NCBI GenBank assembly: GCA_900540495.1
Contig: UQGA01000002.1
Span: 61,230 to 125,229 of the forward strand
Source of the DNA: an uncultured Eubacteriales bacterium
GTDB lineage: Bacteria > Bacillota > Clostridia > Christensenellales > CAG-138
Direction: 5' to 3'
Length of the DNA stretch: 64,000 nt
A program made the translations under genes and the position numbers. The notes under the pieces are model-generated. The model worked only from the letters and a program-made list of their open reading frames with translations, did not search any database and was not told where the DNA came from. The first letter of the stretch is position 1; each line of letters opens with the position of its first letter. Positions 43,630 to 53,244 of this stretch are shown here, piece by piece.

Positions 43630-44913
43630 TCAGCGCAGGCGCAGGCCCTTGGGCAGGTGGTTTTTGAGCGTGCCGCCGGTCAGCTTGCCAAAACCGAGCG
43701 GGTGGCCGTGCCAGCACACGGCGGCGTAGCCTTCGCCGGGCGCATCGCACGCGACGGTTTCGCCCGCGAGAAACGCGGCCAAAGCGGCCCCGTCGAGTTC
43801 GACGGCGAGGCGAAACATCGATTTTTCATAGGACAGGAACAGCGCATGGGCGGGGACGAACCGCCCTTTTTTGATCTCCCCTGCCGCCACGCCTGCGCCA
43901 AGCACGCGCAGCCGTTCCAGATGCGGCGGCAGATGATGCGGCAGCAGGAACACCCGCCCGTCCGGCAGCAGGCGCGCCGGCTCCTCCGGTACGGCGGCAA
44001 GCGTTGTGCGGCAAAACGTCAAAAAGGCGGGGATGGTCTCCCCCGTGGGGTTAGCCGTGGCGGCAACGCCTTCGCCCCGGCGCTGCAGGAGCGCTGCGAA
44101 CTGGCCCTCGCCCGGCGACGTGTGCGGGTAGAGCCGCCGCGTTTCAAGCAGCCGGAAATCCGGGTGCGCGCGCAGGAAATGCGCGACCGTCTCCTCATCC
44201 TCTTCGGGGGAAAACGTACAGGTGGCGTAGACGAGCCGGCCGCCGGGACGCAGCGCGACGGCGGCGCTGTCGAGGATGGCCCGCTGCCGGAAGGCGCAGG
44301 CGGCTACGGCCGCCTCCGACCAGTCCGAAACGGCCTGCGCCTCGCGCCGGAACATTCCTTCGCCCGAGCAGGGCGCGTCCACGAGCGCCGCGTCAAACGC
44401 GCCGGGCAGTGCGGTGCAGAGCGCATCCGGCCGCAGCGAGGCGACCACGGCGCAGCGCGCGCCGAGCCGTTCGAGCGTGCGCTGCAACACTGCCGCACGC
44501 GACGGCGACACCTCGTTGGCCACGAGCAACCCCGTGTTGCGCAGCGACGCGGCAATCTGTCCCGCCTTGCCGCCGGGGGCGGCGCACAGGTCCAGCACGG
44601 CCTCGCCGGGCTGCACGCCCAACATCGTTACGGGCACCTGCGCCGACGGCTCCTGCATGTAGAACAGGCCCGCCGCATGGGCGGGGTGCCGGCCGGGGCG
44701 GATGCCGTCGGGCAGGAAATAGGCGTCCGGCGCGACGCCGCATGATGCGAGCGGCGCGCCGAGCAGCCCGGCGAGCGCGTCGGCCGTGGTTTTGAGCGTG
44801 TTGACCCGCAGCGCGCGGCGCGACGGCCGCTCCATGGCGGACAGATATGCGGCAAATCCTTCCGCGCCCAGCTGCGAATGCATCCGGTCAAGATACGCCT
44901 GCGGCAGATCCAT
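43630..44913 (-). CDS. RsmB/RsmF (NOL1/NOP2/Sun) family rRNA cytosine-C5 methyltransferase
   Basis: DLCAAPGGKAGQIA SAM motif, DAPCSGEGMFRR and YATCTF catalytic Cys motifs, and a C-terminal PUA-like extension. I prefer the start at 44913. The track ORF is over-extended. Confidence 0.85.
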   Translation of the reverse strand: MDLPQAYLDRMHSQLGAEGFAAYLSAMERPSRRALRVNTLKTTADALAGLLGAPLASCGVAPDAYFLPDGIRPGRHPAHAAGLFYMQEPSAQVPVTMLGVQPGEAVLDLCAAPGGKAGQIAASLRNTGLLVANEVSPSRAAVLQRTLERLGARCAVVASLRPDALCTALPGAFDAALVDAPCSGEGMFRREAQAVSDWSEAAVAACAFRQRAILDSAAVALRPGGRLVYATCTFSPEEDEETVAHFLRAHPDFRLLETRRLYPHTSPGEGQFAALLQRRGEGVAATANPTGETIPAFLTFCRTTLAAVPEEPARLLPDGRVFLLPHHLPPHLERLRVLGAGVAAGEIKKGRFVPAHALFLSYEKSMFRLAVELDGAALAAFLAGETVACDAPGEGYAAVCWHGHPLGFGKLTGGTLKNHLPKGLRLR

Positions 44914-44924
44914 GCGCATCCCCC

Positions 44925-45500
44925 CTACAGTTCGCGGATAACCCGGGCGGGGTTGCCCGCGACCACCGTGTTTGCCGGCACATCGCGCGTGACGACGGCG
45001 CCCGCTCCAATTACGCTGTTGTCGCCGACGGTCACGCCCGGCAGCAGGATGGCGGCAGCGCCGATCCATACGTTTTTTCCCAGCACGATGGGGCGCGATA
45101 TGGTTGTCCGCCGCCCGGCGGGATCGAGCGCGTGGCTGGTTGTGATCCGGTTTACATTCGGGCCGACGAACGCATGGTCGCCAATGGCGATGCCGCCGCG
45201 ATCCATGAACATGCAACACGAGTTGATGAACACATTTTTCCCGACGCGGATGTTCCGGCCGAATCCGGCATAAAAGGGCGTGTAGATGCGCAGCGTCTCT
45301 TCGGGGGCCGTGCCGGTCAGGCGCGCGAACAGCTCGCGCACACGCGCAGGCGGCTGGCAGCCCGCGTTCATCTCGGCGCAGATGCGGTGCGCCTCTTCGA
45401 TGATCGCATCGATCACGCCATAGTCCGGGTCATCCAGCGAGACGGGATACCCGGCGCGGTCGCGCGCAAGGATCCCCATGGGGATATGCGGTTGCTCCAC
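44925..45500 (-). CDS. Maltose/galactoside O-acetyltransferase-like (left-handed beta-helix) acetyltransferase
   Basis: 191 aa. Hexapeptide repeats (IGKNVWIGAAAILLPGVTVGDNSVIGAGAVV). GTG start with GGAGGA 7 nt upstream. Confidence 0.8.
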   Translation of the reverse strand: MEQPHIPMGILARDRAGYPVSLDDPDYGVIDAIIEEAHRICAEMNAGCQPPARVRELFARLTGTAPEETLRIYTPFYAGFGRNIRVGKNVFINSCCMFMDRGGIAIGDHAFVGPNVNRITTSHALDPAGRRTTISRPIVLGKNVWIGAAAILLPGVTVGDNSVIGAGAVVTRDVPANTVVAGNPARVIREL

Positions 45501-45746
45501 CTGTCAATCCTCCGTTTTCGTTGCGGCTGGGCGGGCAAAGCGGCGCGGTATCTGCGCGTTTCCCTACCGCTCACAGTATAGCATACCGCCCTTCCCCTGC
45601 AAAGTTTTACGCCACGTTTTCCCGTATTTACAAAAAGTTCATAAATTGCTTACATCTGCCGCGCAACCCGGATGCTATAGTATGAGTGTTATTATTAACA
45701 CAACATTTTGTGTCTGAAAGTCATTGGCGACTCAGGATACGGGGGT

Positions 45747-46526
45747 ATGGCGCGTATGGAGCAACAGCCGCTGATCGCGGTGCGCGAGGCAAAAAAGGTC
45801 TATCGGGTGGGCAGCGTGGACGTGCATGCGCTGCGCGGCGTCAACCTCACGATCGAAGCGGGGGAGCTGTGCTGTATCCTTGGCCGCTCCGGTTCGGGCA
45901 AGAGTACGTTGCTCAATGTGCTGGCCGGCCTTGAACATGTGACTTCCGGAGAGCTGATCGTCGCCGGCAGGCGCCTTGAGCGCATGAATCAGAGCGAGCT
46001 GATCCGCTTCCGGCAGCAGCACGTCGGGTTTATCTTCCAATCCTTCAACCTCATGCCGTATTATAACGCGCTTGAAAACGTCGCGTTCCCGCTGGCGTTT
46101 CGCGGCGTGCCCACGTATCGGCGCAACCGCCTGGCGGCGGATATGCTGAGGCTCGTCGGGCTGGAGACGCACATGAAGCACAAGCCTTCGCAGATGAGCG
46201 GCGGGCAGCAGCAGCGCGTGGGCATTGCGCGCGCGTTGGTGACGGACCCGGAGATCGTGTTTGCCGACGAGCCGACCGGCAACCTCGATTCCACGACGTC
46301 CGACGAGGTCATGCAGGTGATCTGCCGCATTCTGCGCGAGAAGGGGAAGACGCTCATCATGGTCACGCACGATGCGAACATGGCCGCTTATGCGGACAAG
46401 GTCGTTCATTTGCTTGACGGCCGGATTGTGGACGTCCGGCGGCAGGCGCCGATGGGCGCCCCGGCGGACGCAGCGCAGCCGGAGGCGGCCGATAAGGAAA
46501 CGGATCAGGAGGAACAGGGAGCATGA
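45747..46526 (+). CDS. ABC transporter ATP-binding protein (MacB/FtsE/LolD type)
   Basis: GRSGSGKSTLLNVLAGLE, MSGGQQQRVGIARAL, VFADEPTGNLD. Start is ambiguous (45747 or 45756). Confidence 0.85.
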   Translation: MARMEQQPLIAVREAKKVYRVGSVDVHALRGVNLTIEAGELCCILGRSGSGKSTLLNVLAGLEHVTSGELIVAGRRLERMNQSELIRFRQQHVGFIFQSFNLMPYYNALENVAFPLAFRGVPTYRRNRLAADMLRLVGLETHMKHKPSQMSGGQQQRVGIARALVTDPEIVFADEPTGNLDSTTSDEVMQVICRILREKGKTLIMVTHDANMAAYADKVVHLLDGRIVDVRRQAPMGAPADAAQPEAADKETDQEEQGA

Positions 46527-48175
46527 AACGCAAATGGTTGACAGGGGCAAAGGCGCGGCGGCTGCTTGCGTTGCTGCTCGGCGCGATGCTGCTGGCGGGT
46601 TGCTTTGGCACGGCGCTGGCAGAGGATGAGGACCTGCCCGACGAGCCGGTAAGCGGCTCAGAACCCGTGGACGTACCGACGTTAACGCCTACGCCGTCCC
46701 CTACGCCAAGTCCTACCCCGACGACGATCCATGTGGTGCTCGTATCGCCTACGCCGCAGGCCGGGGACGACGGGCAACCGGACGGCGGCGGGGAAGAGGA
46801 GCCTGCGCCCGAGCCGGATGCAGGCGGGGAGCGCGTCGAATTGTCCCGGTGGCTGGGCGGCAAGCAGGAGAACGGCGAGGTTCCGGCGCTCAATGGCGAG
46901 CGTGGCGGCAAGCTCACGATCACGCTGCCCCTGGTCGCGCGATATGACCTTGCGGACGTGGAGATCGAGCCGGTCTACAGCACGAGCCTCGACAGCTTCC
47001 CGTTCGTGCTGCCCACGATGTCCCTCGCTGTCAAAAAGGCGGAGGACCCGAACGGCGGCGGCACCGGCGCTCTGGCGGCGGGCGAATGCTGGCAGGTCGT
47101 GTACAAGGACCTCACGTTCAGCAACGACATCACCAAGGGCGTCAAGCAGGTGGATTTTCAGGTGCGCTATACCTATCAGGGCGTGCGCGCGGAGGAGACC
47201 ATCAGCGTGTTCGTCAACGTTACCAAGGGCGTTTCCACGGGCGGCGGTGGCGGCGGGGTCACGTTCCGTTCGCAGCCGAAACTGATCGTGGAGAAGTATT
47301 CGCTCGATACCGATCGGCTTTATGCGGGCGAGCCGTTTGAGCTGACGCTCGAACTGCGCAACACTTCGCCCGACGAGGCGATCAAAAACATCCAGCTTCA
47401 CATGAGCGAGGAGACGGGCGTTGTGCTGCCCGCGGAGAACGGGAGCAACACCATCTATATCAGGGAAATCGAGAAGGAGGGGCTGTCCGTCGTCAAGGTA
47501 CGGCTCCAGGCGGCGCCGGACGCGGAGGCGAAGGCGTATGCGCTTTCCCTCTCGTTCAGCTATGACGGCGTGTCGAGCAAGCAGGCGTATACCGCCGAGG
47601 AATCGATCACGCTCCCGGTCCAGCAGCGCATTCGCATCAAGTGCGACGATCCGCTCGTGTACGACGAGCCGTGGGTGGGGCAGACGATCGCCGTGGGCGT
47701 GTCGCTCTACAACATGGGGCGATCCACCGTGTACAACTGTATGGTCGGCGTAGAGGGCGAGGGTCTCTCCCTGCCGGAGACGTACTTTGGCGGCAATGTC
47801 GCAAGCGGCGGTACGCTGCGCGCCGAATTTGACGTGCAGACGGATGTGGCCGGCGACATCGCGGGGACGGTCGTCATCACGTACGAGGATGTATACGGCG
47901 AGCAGATGGAGGAGCGGCTGCCCCTGCCGCTGCTGGTAAATGAACCGATCGTCATCGATCCCGTACCCGGTATGGACGGCGTGATCGACGGGACGGGGGC
48001 CGATCTGCCCGCTGTGGACGGCTATCCGGCCATGGGCGGCGCGGACGGCATGGCGGACGGGGGTGGCGTCGCCTGGTACTGGTGGGCGCTGGCCATCGCG
48101 GCCGTCGCCGCCGGCGTCGTGGTGCTCGGCGTGCGGCGGCACAGGGCGCGCAAGAAGGAGCTGGAGGCGCTATGA
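46523..48175 (+). CDS. Exported, C-terminally membrane-anchored protein with tandem beta-sandwich (CARDB/COG1361-like) modules
   Basis: 550 aa. Signal peptide with LLAGC. TPTPSPTPSPTPTT linker. Repeated modules (YAGEPFELTLELRNTS..., VGQTIAVGVSLYNMG...). C-terminal TM WYWWALAIAAVAAGVVVLGV followed by RRHRARKK. ATGA overlaps on both sides. Confidence 0.65.
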   Translation: MKRKWLTGAKARRLLALLLGAMLLAGCFGTALAEDEDLPDEPVSGSEPVDVPTLTPTPSPTPSPTPTTIHVVLVSPTPQAGDDGQPDGGGEEEPAPEPDAGGERVELSRWLGGKQENGEVPALNGERGGKLTITLPLVARYDLADVEIEPVYSTSLDSFPFVLPTMSLAVKKAEDPNGGGTGALAAGECWQVVYKDLTFSNDITKGVKQVDFQVRYTYQGVRAEETISVFVNVTKGVSTGGGGGGVTFRSQPKLIVEKYSLDTDRLYAGEPFELTLELRNTSPDEAIKNIQLHMSEETGVVLPAENGSNTIYIREIEKEGLSVVKVRLQAAPDAEAKAYALSLSFSYDGVSSKQAYTAEESITLPVQQRIRIKCDDPLVYDEPWVGQTIAVGVSLYNMGRSTVYNCMVGVEGEGLSLPETYFGGNVASGGTLRAEFDVQTDVAGDIAGTVVITYEDVYGEQMEERLPLPLLVNEPIVIDPVPGMDGVIDGTGADLPAVDGYPAMGGADGMADGGGVAWYWWALAIAAVAAGVVVLGVRRHRARKKELEAL

Positions 48176-49455
48176 GGCTTTGCGATCTGCTCTCGATCGC
48201 GTTTTTGAACCTGTGGCGGCGCAAGCTGCGCGCGTTTCTGACCGTGCTCGGCATGACGATCGGCGTGGCGTCGATCGTGGTCATGGTATCGCTCGGCATC
48301 GGCATCCGCGAGGCGACGATCCAGAGCTTTGCGGGCACCGGCAGCCTGACGTTGATTCAGGTCAACTCCTGGTCGTACGTGGACATGGGGGATGGCACGG
48401 GGACGAGCCGCGAAACGGAGCTGAACAGGCAGAGCGTCGAGGCGTTCAAACAGATTCCGGGCGTGCGCGCGGTCATGCCGATGGTCGAAACGTACGGGCT
48501 GCTCAAGAGCGGCCGGTACGTGTCGGATGTGAACATCCTCGGCGTGGAGGCGGAGCTGGCCGCGGAGTTTGACCTCACGCTTGGCGAGGGCGTCTATCCG
48601 GAGGCCCGGCGTGGCAGCACCAAGGAGATGGTCGTGGGCAGCTACGTGCTGCAATGGTTCCGGGACCCGAACACCGGCAAGCAGGCCGTCGACCGGGACG
48701 GGAATCCGCGCGTCGAGCTGGACGACCGCTTCCAGCTCACGTTCGACTACAACAACGTCTACCAGTCCGGCGGCGAGAGCATGGAGCCGAGGGGTTCGAT
48801 GTACAAGATCGAGATGGTCGGGCGCATGCAGGACGAGGGCAACTATTCCTATTATTGCCTGATGGAGATGGAGACGCTCGAGGAGCTCATCAAGGACAAC
48901 AAGGATTATGTGGGCGGCGGCAAGGGGACCTACAACCAGGTGCTCGTCAAGTGCAACGAGCTCGAGGACGTCAAGGCCGTCAAGACGCAGATCGAGAACA
49001 TGGGCTACGGCACGTACAGCGCGCAGGACGCCGTGGAGATGGCGGAGGAGCAGACGGCGCGCATCCAGTACCTGCTCGGCGCCATCGGCGGCGTTTCGCT
49101 GCTCGTGGCGGCCATCGGCATCATCAACACGATGATGATGAGCATTTATGAGCGCACCAGGGAGATCGGTATCATCAAGGTGCTGGGCTGCCGCATGAGC
49201 AATATCGCGGGCATGTTCCTCGCCGAGTCGGCGTTCATCGGCCTGTTCGGCGGCGCGCTCGGCCTTGGCGTGTCCTTCGGCCTCGGGCTGCTGCTCAACG
49301 CCGCGCTCGCCTCCTCCGGGCTTACGAGCGTGATCCCGCTGTATCTGGCCGTGGGCGCGGTGGCTTTTTCCGTGCTTGTCGGCCTGCTGGCCGGGCTGTA
49401 TCCGGCCGTGCGCGCCATGCGGTTGAGCCCGCTGGCAGCCATCCGCAACGAGTGA
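48172..49455 (+). CDS. ABC transporter permease, FtsX/MacB type with a large extracytoplasmic domain
   Basis: 427 aa. N-terminal TM, an extracytoplasmic domain of roughly 250 aa, and a C-terminal FtsX domain (ERTREIGIIKVLG). Confidence 0.85.
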   Translation: MRLCDLLSIAFLNLWRRKLRAFLTVLGMTIGVASIVVMVSLGIGIREATIQSFAGTGSLTLIQVNSWSYVDMGDGTGTSRETELNRQSVEAFKQIPGVRAVMPMVETYGLLKSGRYVSDVNILGVEAELAAEFDLTLGEGVYPEARRGSTKEMVVGSYVLQWFRDPNTGKQAVDRDGNPRVELDDRFQLTFDYNNVYQSGGESMEPRGSMYKIEMVGRMQDEGNYSYYCLMEMETLEELIKDNKDYVGGGKGTYNQVLVKCNELEDVKAVKTQIENMGYGTYSAQDAVEMAEEQTARIQYLLGAIGGVSLLVAAIGIINTMMMSIYERTREIGIIKVLGCRMSNIAGMFLAESAFIGLFGGALGLGVSFGLGLLLNAALASSGLTSVIPLYLAVGAVAFSVLVGLLAGLYPAVRAMRLSPLAAIRNE

Positions 49456-49599
49456 CGCCTGCGGGCGGCCAGCGGGGCGGAGCTCCGTTCGGCCGTCCGT
49501 TTCCCATCTTTTCCTTTTCCCGATTGCGCTAAAAACTGTGGCGTTTTTTCGCCCGCTGTTGTATGATAAAAGGAATCAGGCGAATATGGAGGATTTTCC

Positions 49600-49875
49600 A
49601 TGAAAAAAGCGATTGTCACCGTCATCGGGCACGACCGCGTGGGGATCATTGCGCGCGTGAGCACGTTGCTGGCCGAATACGGGGTGAACGTGCTGGACAT
49701 CAGCCAGACGGTCATGAACGAGTATTTTACGATGGTCATGCTGGCGGATGTGCAGGGCTGTACGACCGACTTTTCGACGCTGCGGGACGCGCTGGTGCAT
49801 TTGGGCGAGGAGATGGCGCTTTCCATCCGCATCCAGCACGAGGACATCTTCAACGCCATGCATGCGGTGAACTGA
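49600..49875 (+). CDS. ACT domain protein (UPF0237 family)
   Basis: 91 aa. [37 protein letters not shown]. Confidence 0.8.
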   Translation: MKKAIVTVIGHDRVGIIARVSTLLAEYGVNVLDISQTVMNEYFTMVMLADVQGCTTDFSTLRDALVHLGEEMALSIRIQHEDIFNAMHAVN

Positions 49876-49876
49876 T

Positions 49877-51235
49877 ATGCAGAACCAGAGGGAGATTCTT
49901 GAAACCGTCCGCATGATCGAACAGCAGCATCTCGACATTCGGACGATCACGATGGGCATTTCGCTGTACGATTGCGCCGACGCCGATCCGAAGGCTGCCT
50001 GCCGCAAGATCTACGACAAGGTGACGCGTATGGCGGGGCAGCTTGTGCGCACGGGCGAGGCGATCGAAACCGAGTACGGCATTCCGATCGTCAACAAGCG
50101 CGTGGCCGTTACCCCGGTGGCGGAGGTGGCGGCGGCGTCGGCGACGGTGGACTACGTGCCGTTTGCGGAGGCGCTCGACCGGGCGGCCGAGACGCTCGGC
50201 GTCAATTTTATCGGCGGGTTTTCCGCGCTCGTACAAAAGGGCATGACCGAGGCGGACCGCCGCCTCATCTCCGGCATCCCGGAGGCGCTGGCGGTGACGG
50301 AGCGCGTTTGCTCTTCGGTCAACGTCGCCTCCACGCGCGCCGGCATCAACATGGACGCCGTTGCGTGGATGGGCCGCATCATCAAGGCGACGGCGCGCCG
50401 GACGGAGGCGCGCGGCGGGTTCGGCTGCGCCAAGCTCGTCGTGTTTGCCAATGCCGTGGAGGACAATCCGTTCATGGCGGGCGCGTTCCATGGCGCCGGC
50501 GAGCCGGAGTGCTGCATCAACGTGGGCGTATCCGGCCCCGGCGTGGTCAAGACCGCGCTTGAACAGGTGCGCGGCGAACCGTTCGACGTGGTGGCCGAAA
50601 CCGTGAAGAAGACGGCGTTCCGCATCACGCGCATGGGCCAGCTCGTGGCGCGCGTGGCGGCGGAACGGCTGGGCGTGCCGTTCGGCATCGTCGACCTGTC
50701 GCTCGCGCCGACCCCGGCGGTGGGCGATTCCGTGGCCTATATTCTTGAGGAGATGGGGCTCGAGCGCGCAGGCGCCCCGGGCACCACGGCGGCGCTGGCG
50801 CTGCTCAACGATGCGGTGAAGAAGGGCGGCGTCATGGCGTCCGGCCATGTGGGCGGACTTTCCGGCGCGTTCATCCCGGTCAGCGAGGACGCCGGCATGA
50901 TCGAGGCGGCGCGCAGCGGCGCGTTGACGATCGAAAAACTCGAGGCCATGACGTGCGTCTGCTCGGTCGGCATCGATATGGTGGCAGTGCCGGGCGCAAC
51001 CAGCGCGGACACGATTGCCGGCATCATTGCGGACGAGGCGGCCATCGGCATGATCAACCAGAAGACGACGGCCGTGCGCATCATCCCGGTCCCCGGCAAG
51101 GACGTGGGCGATACGGTCGCCTACGGCGGCCTGCTCGGCACCGCGCCGGTCATGCGCGTCAACGGGTGCGACAATGCGGCGTTCATCGCCCGCGGCGGCC
51201 GCATCCCGGCGCCGATTCACAGCCTGCGCAACTGA
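49877..51235 (+). CDS. UPF0210 / DUF711 (PFL-like) family protein
   Basis: 452 aa. [24 protein letters not shown]. Starts 1 nt after the ACT gene stop. This is a known conserved pair. Confidence 0.8.
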   Translation: MQNQREILETVRMIEQQHLDIRTITMGISLYDCADADPKAACRKIYDKVTRMAGQLVRTGEAIETEYGIPIVNKRVAVTPVAEVAAASATVDYVPFAEALDRAAETLGVNFIGGFSALVQKGMTEADRRLISGIPEALAVTERVCSSVNVASTRAGINMDAVAWMGRIIKATARRTEARGGFGCAKLVVFANAVEDNPFMAGAFHGAGEPECCINVGVSGPGVVKTALEQVRGEPFDVVAETVKKTAFRITRMGQLVARVAAERLGVPFGIVDLSLAPTPAVGDSVAYILEEMGLERAGAPGTTAALALLNDAVKKGGVMASGHVGGLSGAFIPVSEDAGMIEAARSGALTIEKLEAMTCVCSVGIDMVAVPGATSADTIAGIIADEAAIGMINQKTTAVRIIPVPGKDVGDTVAYGGLLGTAPVMRVNGCDNAAFIARGGRIPAPIHSLRN

Positions 51236-51260
51236 GGCGCGGGGAGGGGAAGAAGCGGAT

Positions 51261-51818
51261 ATGGAACAAGGTTTTTACGTCGATCCCGTGCTGTACGAGG
51301 GCAGGCCGCAGAACCCGACCGGGCGTGAAGCGCGCGAGCTGGCCGTCTATGACCTGCTCGACCGGCTGGGCGTCGCCTATGCGCGTGCCGATCACGACCC
51401 GGCCATGACCATCGCCGACTGCGGCGCCGTGGACCGGCTGCTCGGCGTGGCCATGTGCAAGAACCTGTTCCTGTGCAACGCGCAGCGCACGGCGTTCTAC
51501 CTGCTGCTGCTGCCGGGGACCAAGCCGTTTCGCACGAAGGACCTCTCGCGCCAGATCGGCTCGGCGCGCCTGTCCTTTGCCGATGCTGCGCATATGGAGG
51601 AATACCTGGATATTTTGCCGGGCGCCGTGTCCGTCATGGGCCTGATGAACGATACCGGCGGGCATGTCCGCCTGCTCATCGACCGGGATGTGACGGAGGC
51701 GCCGTACATCGGCTGCCATCCGTGCGTGAACACATCCAGCCTGCGCATCCGCACGCCGGATCTGCTCGGGCGGTTTTTGCCGCACGTGGGACATGCCCCC
51801 ACGTTTGTCACGCTCTGA
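51261..51818 (+). CDS. YbaK/ProX-like aminoacyl-tRNA editing domain protein
   Basis: 185 aa. CKNLFLCNAQRTAFYLLLLPGTKPFRTKDLSRQIGSARLSFA, GCHPCVNTSSL. Confidence 0.75.
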   Translation: MEQGFYVDPVLYEGRPQNPTGREARELAVYDLLDRLGVAYARADHDPAMTIADCGAVDRLLGVAMCKNLFLCNAQRTAFYLLLLPGTKPFRTKDLSRQIGSARLSFADAAHMEEYLDILPGAVSVMGLMNDTGGHVRLLIDRDVTEAPYIGCHPCVNTSSLRIRTPDLLGRFLPHVGHAPTFVTL

Positions 51819-51940
51819 ACGAACCGGGCCGAACGGCCAGCCCTCTTGGGAATACCGGCCAACGGTTCGGCTCTCCGGCCACAGGGATACGGGGAGACGG
51901 AGCGAAGACGGCGCGACTGCGCCGGGAAACGGAGGAAGCC

Positions 51941-53200
51941 ATGCGGGAAAACGAACGGACGGACCCGGCCCTGCTGGCCGCAAAGGAACGCGAGTATGCA
52001 AAGCTGCTCGTCGAGGTGGGGCTGAACCTGCAGCCGGGACAGCCGCTGGTCATCTCCTGCCCGGTGGACGCGGCGCCCTTTGCACGCCTGTGCGCGGCGG
52101 CCGCCTATGCGGCGGGCTGTGCGCGCGTAGAGATGGAGTGGCGGGACGACGCGCTCACGCGCCTGCGATACCTGCATGCGGACGACCCGGTGTTCGACGT
52201 CTGCCCGATGTGGCGACGCGCGTTCCGGCTGGACAATCTGCACGACGGGGCGGCGTTTCTCTCCATCCATGCGGACGATCCGGCGGCGCTTGCCGGCGTG
52301 GATGCGGCCCGCATCGCGCGGGCCAACCGCGCTGCGGGCGAGGCGCTGCGCGAGTTCCGGGAGGCGACTGCGGGCAACCGCGTGCAGTGGTGCGTGGCGT
52401 CGGTGCCGACGCCGGCATGGGCGGCCGTCGTGTTCCCGAACGCTTCGGCGAAGGAGGGCGTGGCGCGGCTCTATGAGCGGATCTTTGAAGCCGTGCGCGT
52501 GCGCGGCGACGGCAACGCCCCGGCTGCGTGGCGCGCGCATCTGGACCGGCTGGCGCGCGTGCGAGACCGGCTCAACGCGCTTTCCCTGCGCGCGCTGCGC
52601 TATCGCAATGCGCTTGGCACGGATCTGACCGTCGAGTTGCCAGAGGGGCATTTCTTTGTCGGCGGCGCAGAGCGCACCACGGGCGGCGTGCCGTTTGTGG
52701 CGAACATGCCCACCGAGGAACTGTTCACCGCGCCAAAGCGCGACGGGGTGAACGGCCGCGCGGTCGGTTCGCTGCCGCTTGTGCTGGACGGCAACGTCGT
52801 GCGCGGCTTTGCGCTGACGTTTGAAAACGGGCGCATCGTTCGCGTGGAGGCGGAGGAGGGGCAGGCGCTGCTCGAGAGGGCGATCGCGCTGGACGACGGA
52901 GCGGCGTATCTTGGGGAGGCGGCGCTCGTGCCGTTCGACTCCCCCATCGCGCAGATGGGCACGCTGTTTTACAACACCCTGTTCGACGAGAATGCCGCCT
53001 GCCACTTTGCGTTCGGCGACGCGTATCCCTGTATTGCGGGAGGCGATGCGATGGATGCGGCGCAGCGGCTGGAGCACGGGCTCAATGTGTCCGTGACGCA
53101 CGTGGATTTCATGATCGGCACGGCCGACCTGTCCGTTACCGGCATATTGCCGGATGGCGGCGAAACGATCATCCTGCGGGACGGGGTCTTTGCCCTGTAA
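51941..53200 (+). CDS. Aminopeptidase, M29 family (second copy)
   Basis: 419 aa. Start at 51941 (GGAGGA upstream). LVEVGLNLQPGQPLVI, NTLFDENAACHFAFG. Confidence 0.85.
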   Translation: MRENERTDPALLAAKEREYAKLLVEVGLNLQPGQPLVISCPVDAAPFARLCAAAAYAAGCARVEMEWRDDALTRLRYLHADDPVFDVCPMWRRAFRLDNLHDGAAFLSIHADDPAALAGVDAARIARANRAAGEALREFREATAGNRVQWCVASVPTPAWAAVVFPNASAKEGVARLYERIFEAVRVRGDGNAPAAWRAHLDRLARVRDRLNALSLRALRYRNALGTDLTVELPEGHFFVGGAERTTGGVPFVANMPTEELFTAPKRDGVNGRAVGSLPLVLDGNVVRGFALTFENGRIVRVEAEEGQALLERAIALDDGAAYLGEAALVPFDSPIAQMGTLFYNTLFDENAACHFAFGDAYPCIAGGDAMDAAQRLEHGLNVSVTHVDFMIGTADLSVTGILPDGGETIILRDGVFAL

Positions 53201-53244
53201 GGAAGGCGCGCCCGGCAAAGGATCAAGAGGAGGGGGACATACAC

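Noticed and set aside
45646-45746. Promoter for the ABC ATPase operon (TGcTATAGT at 45673-45681) and the ACACAA/TTGTGT hairpin in its leader.
   Set aside because: An extended -10 is present, but there is no acceptable -35 at 16-19 nt. I kept it out of the feature list as too uncertain.
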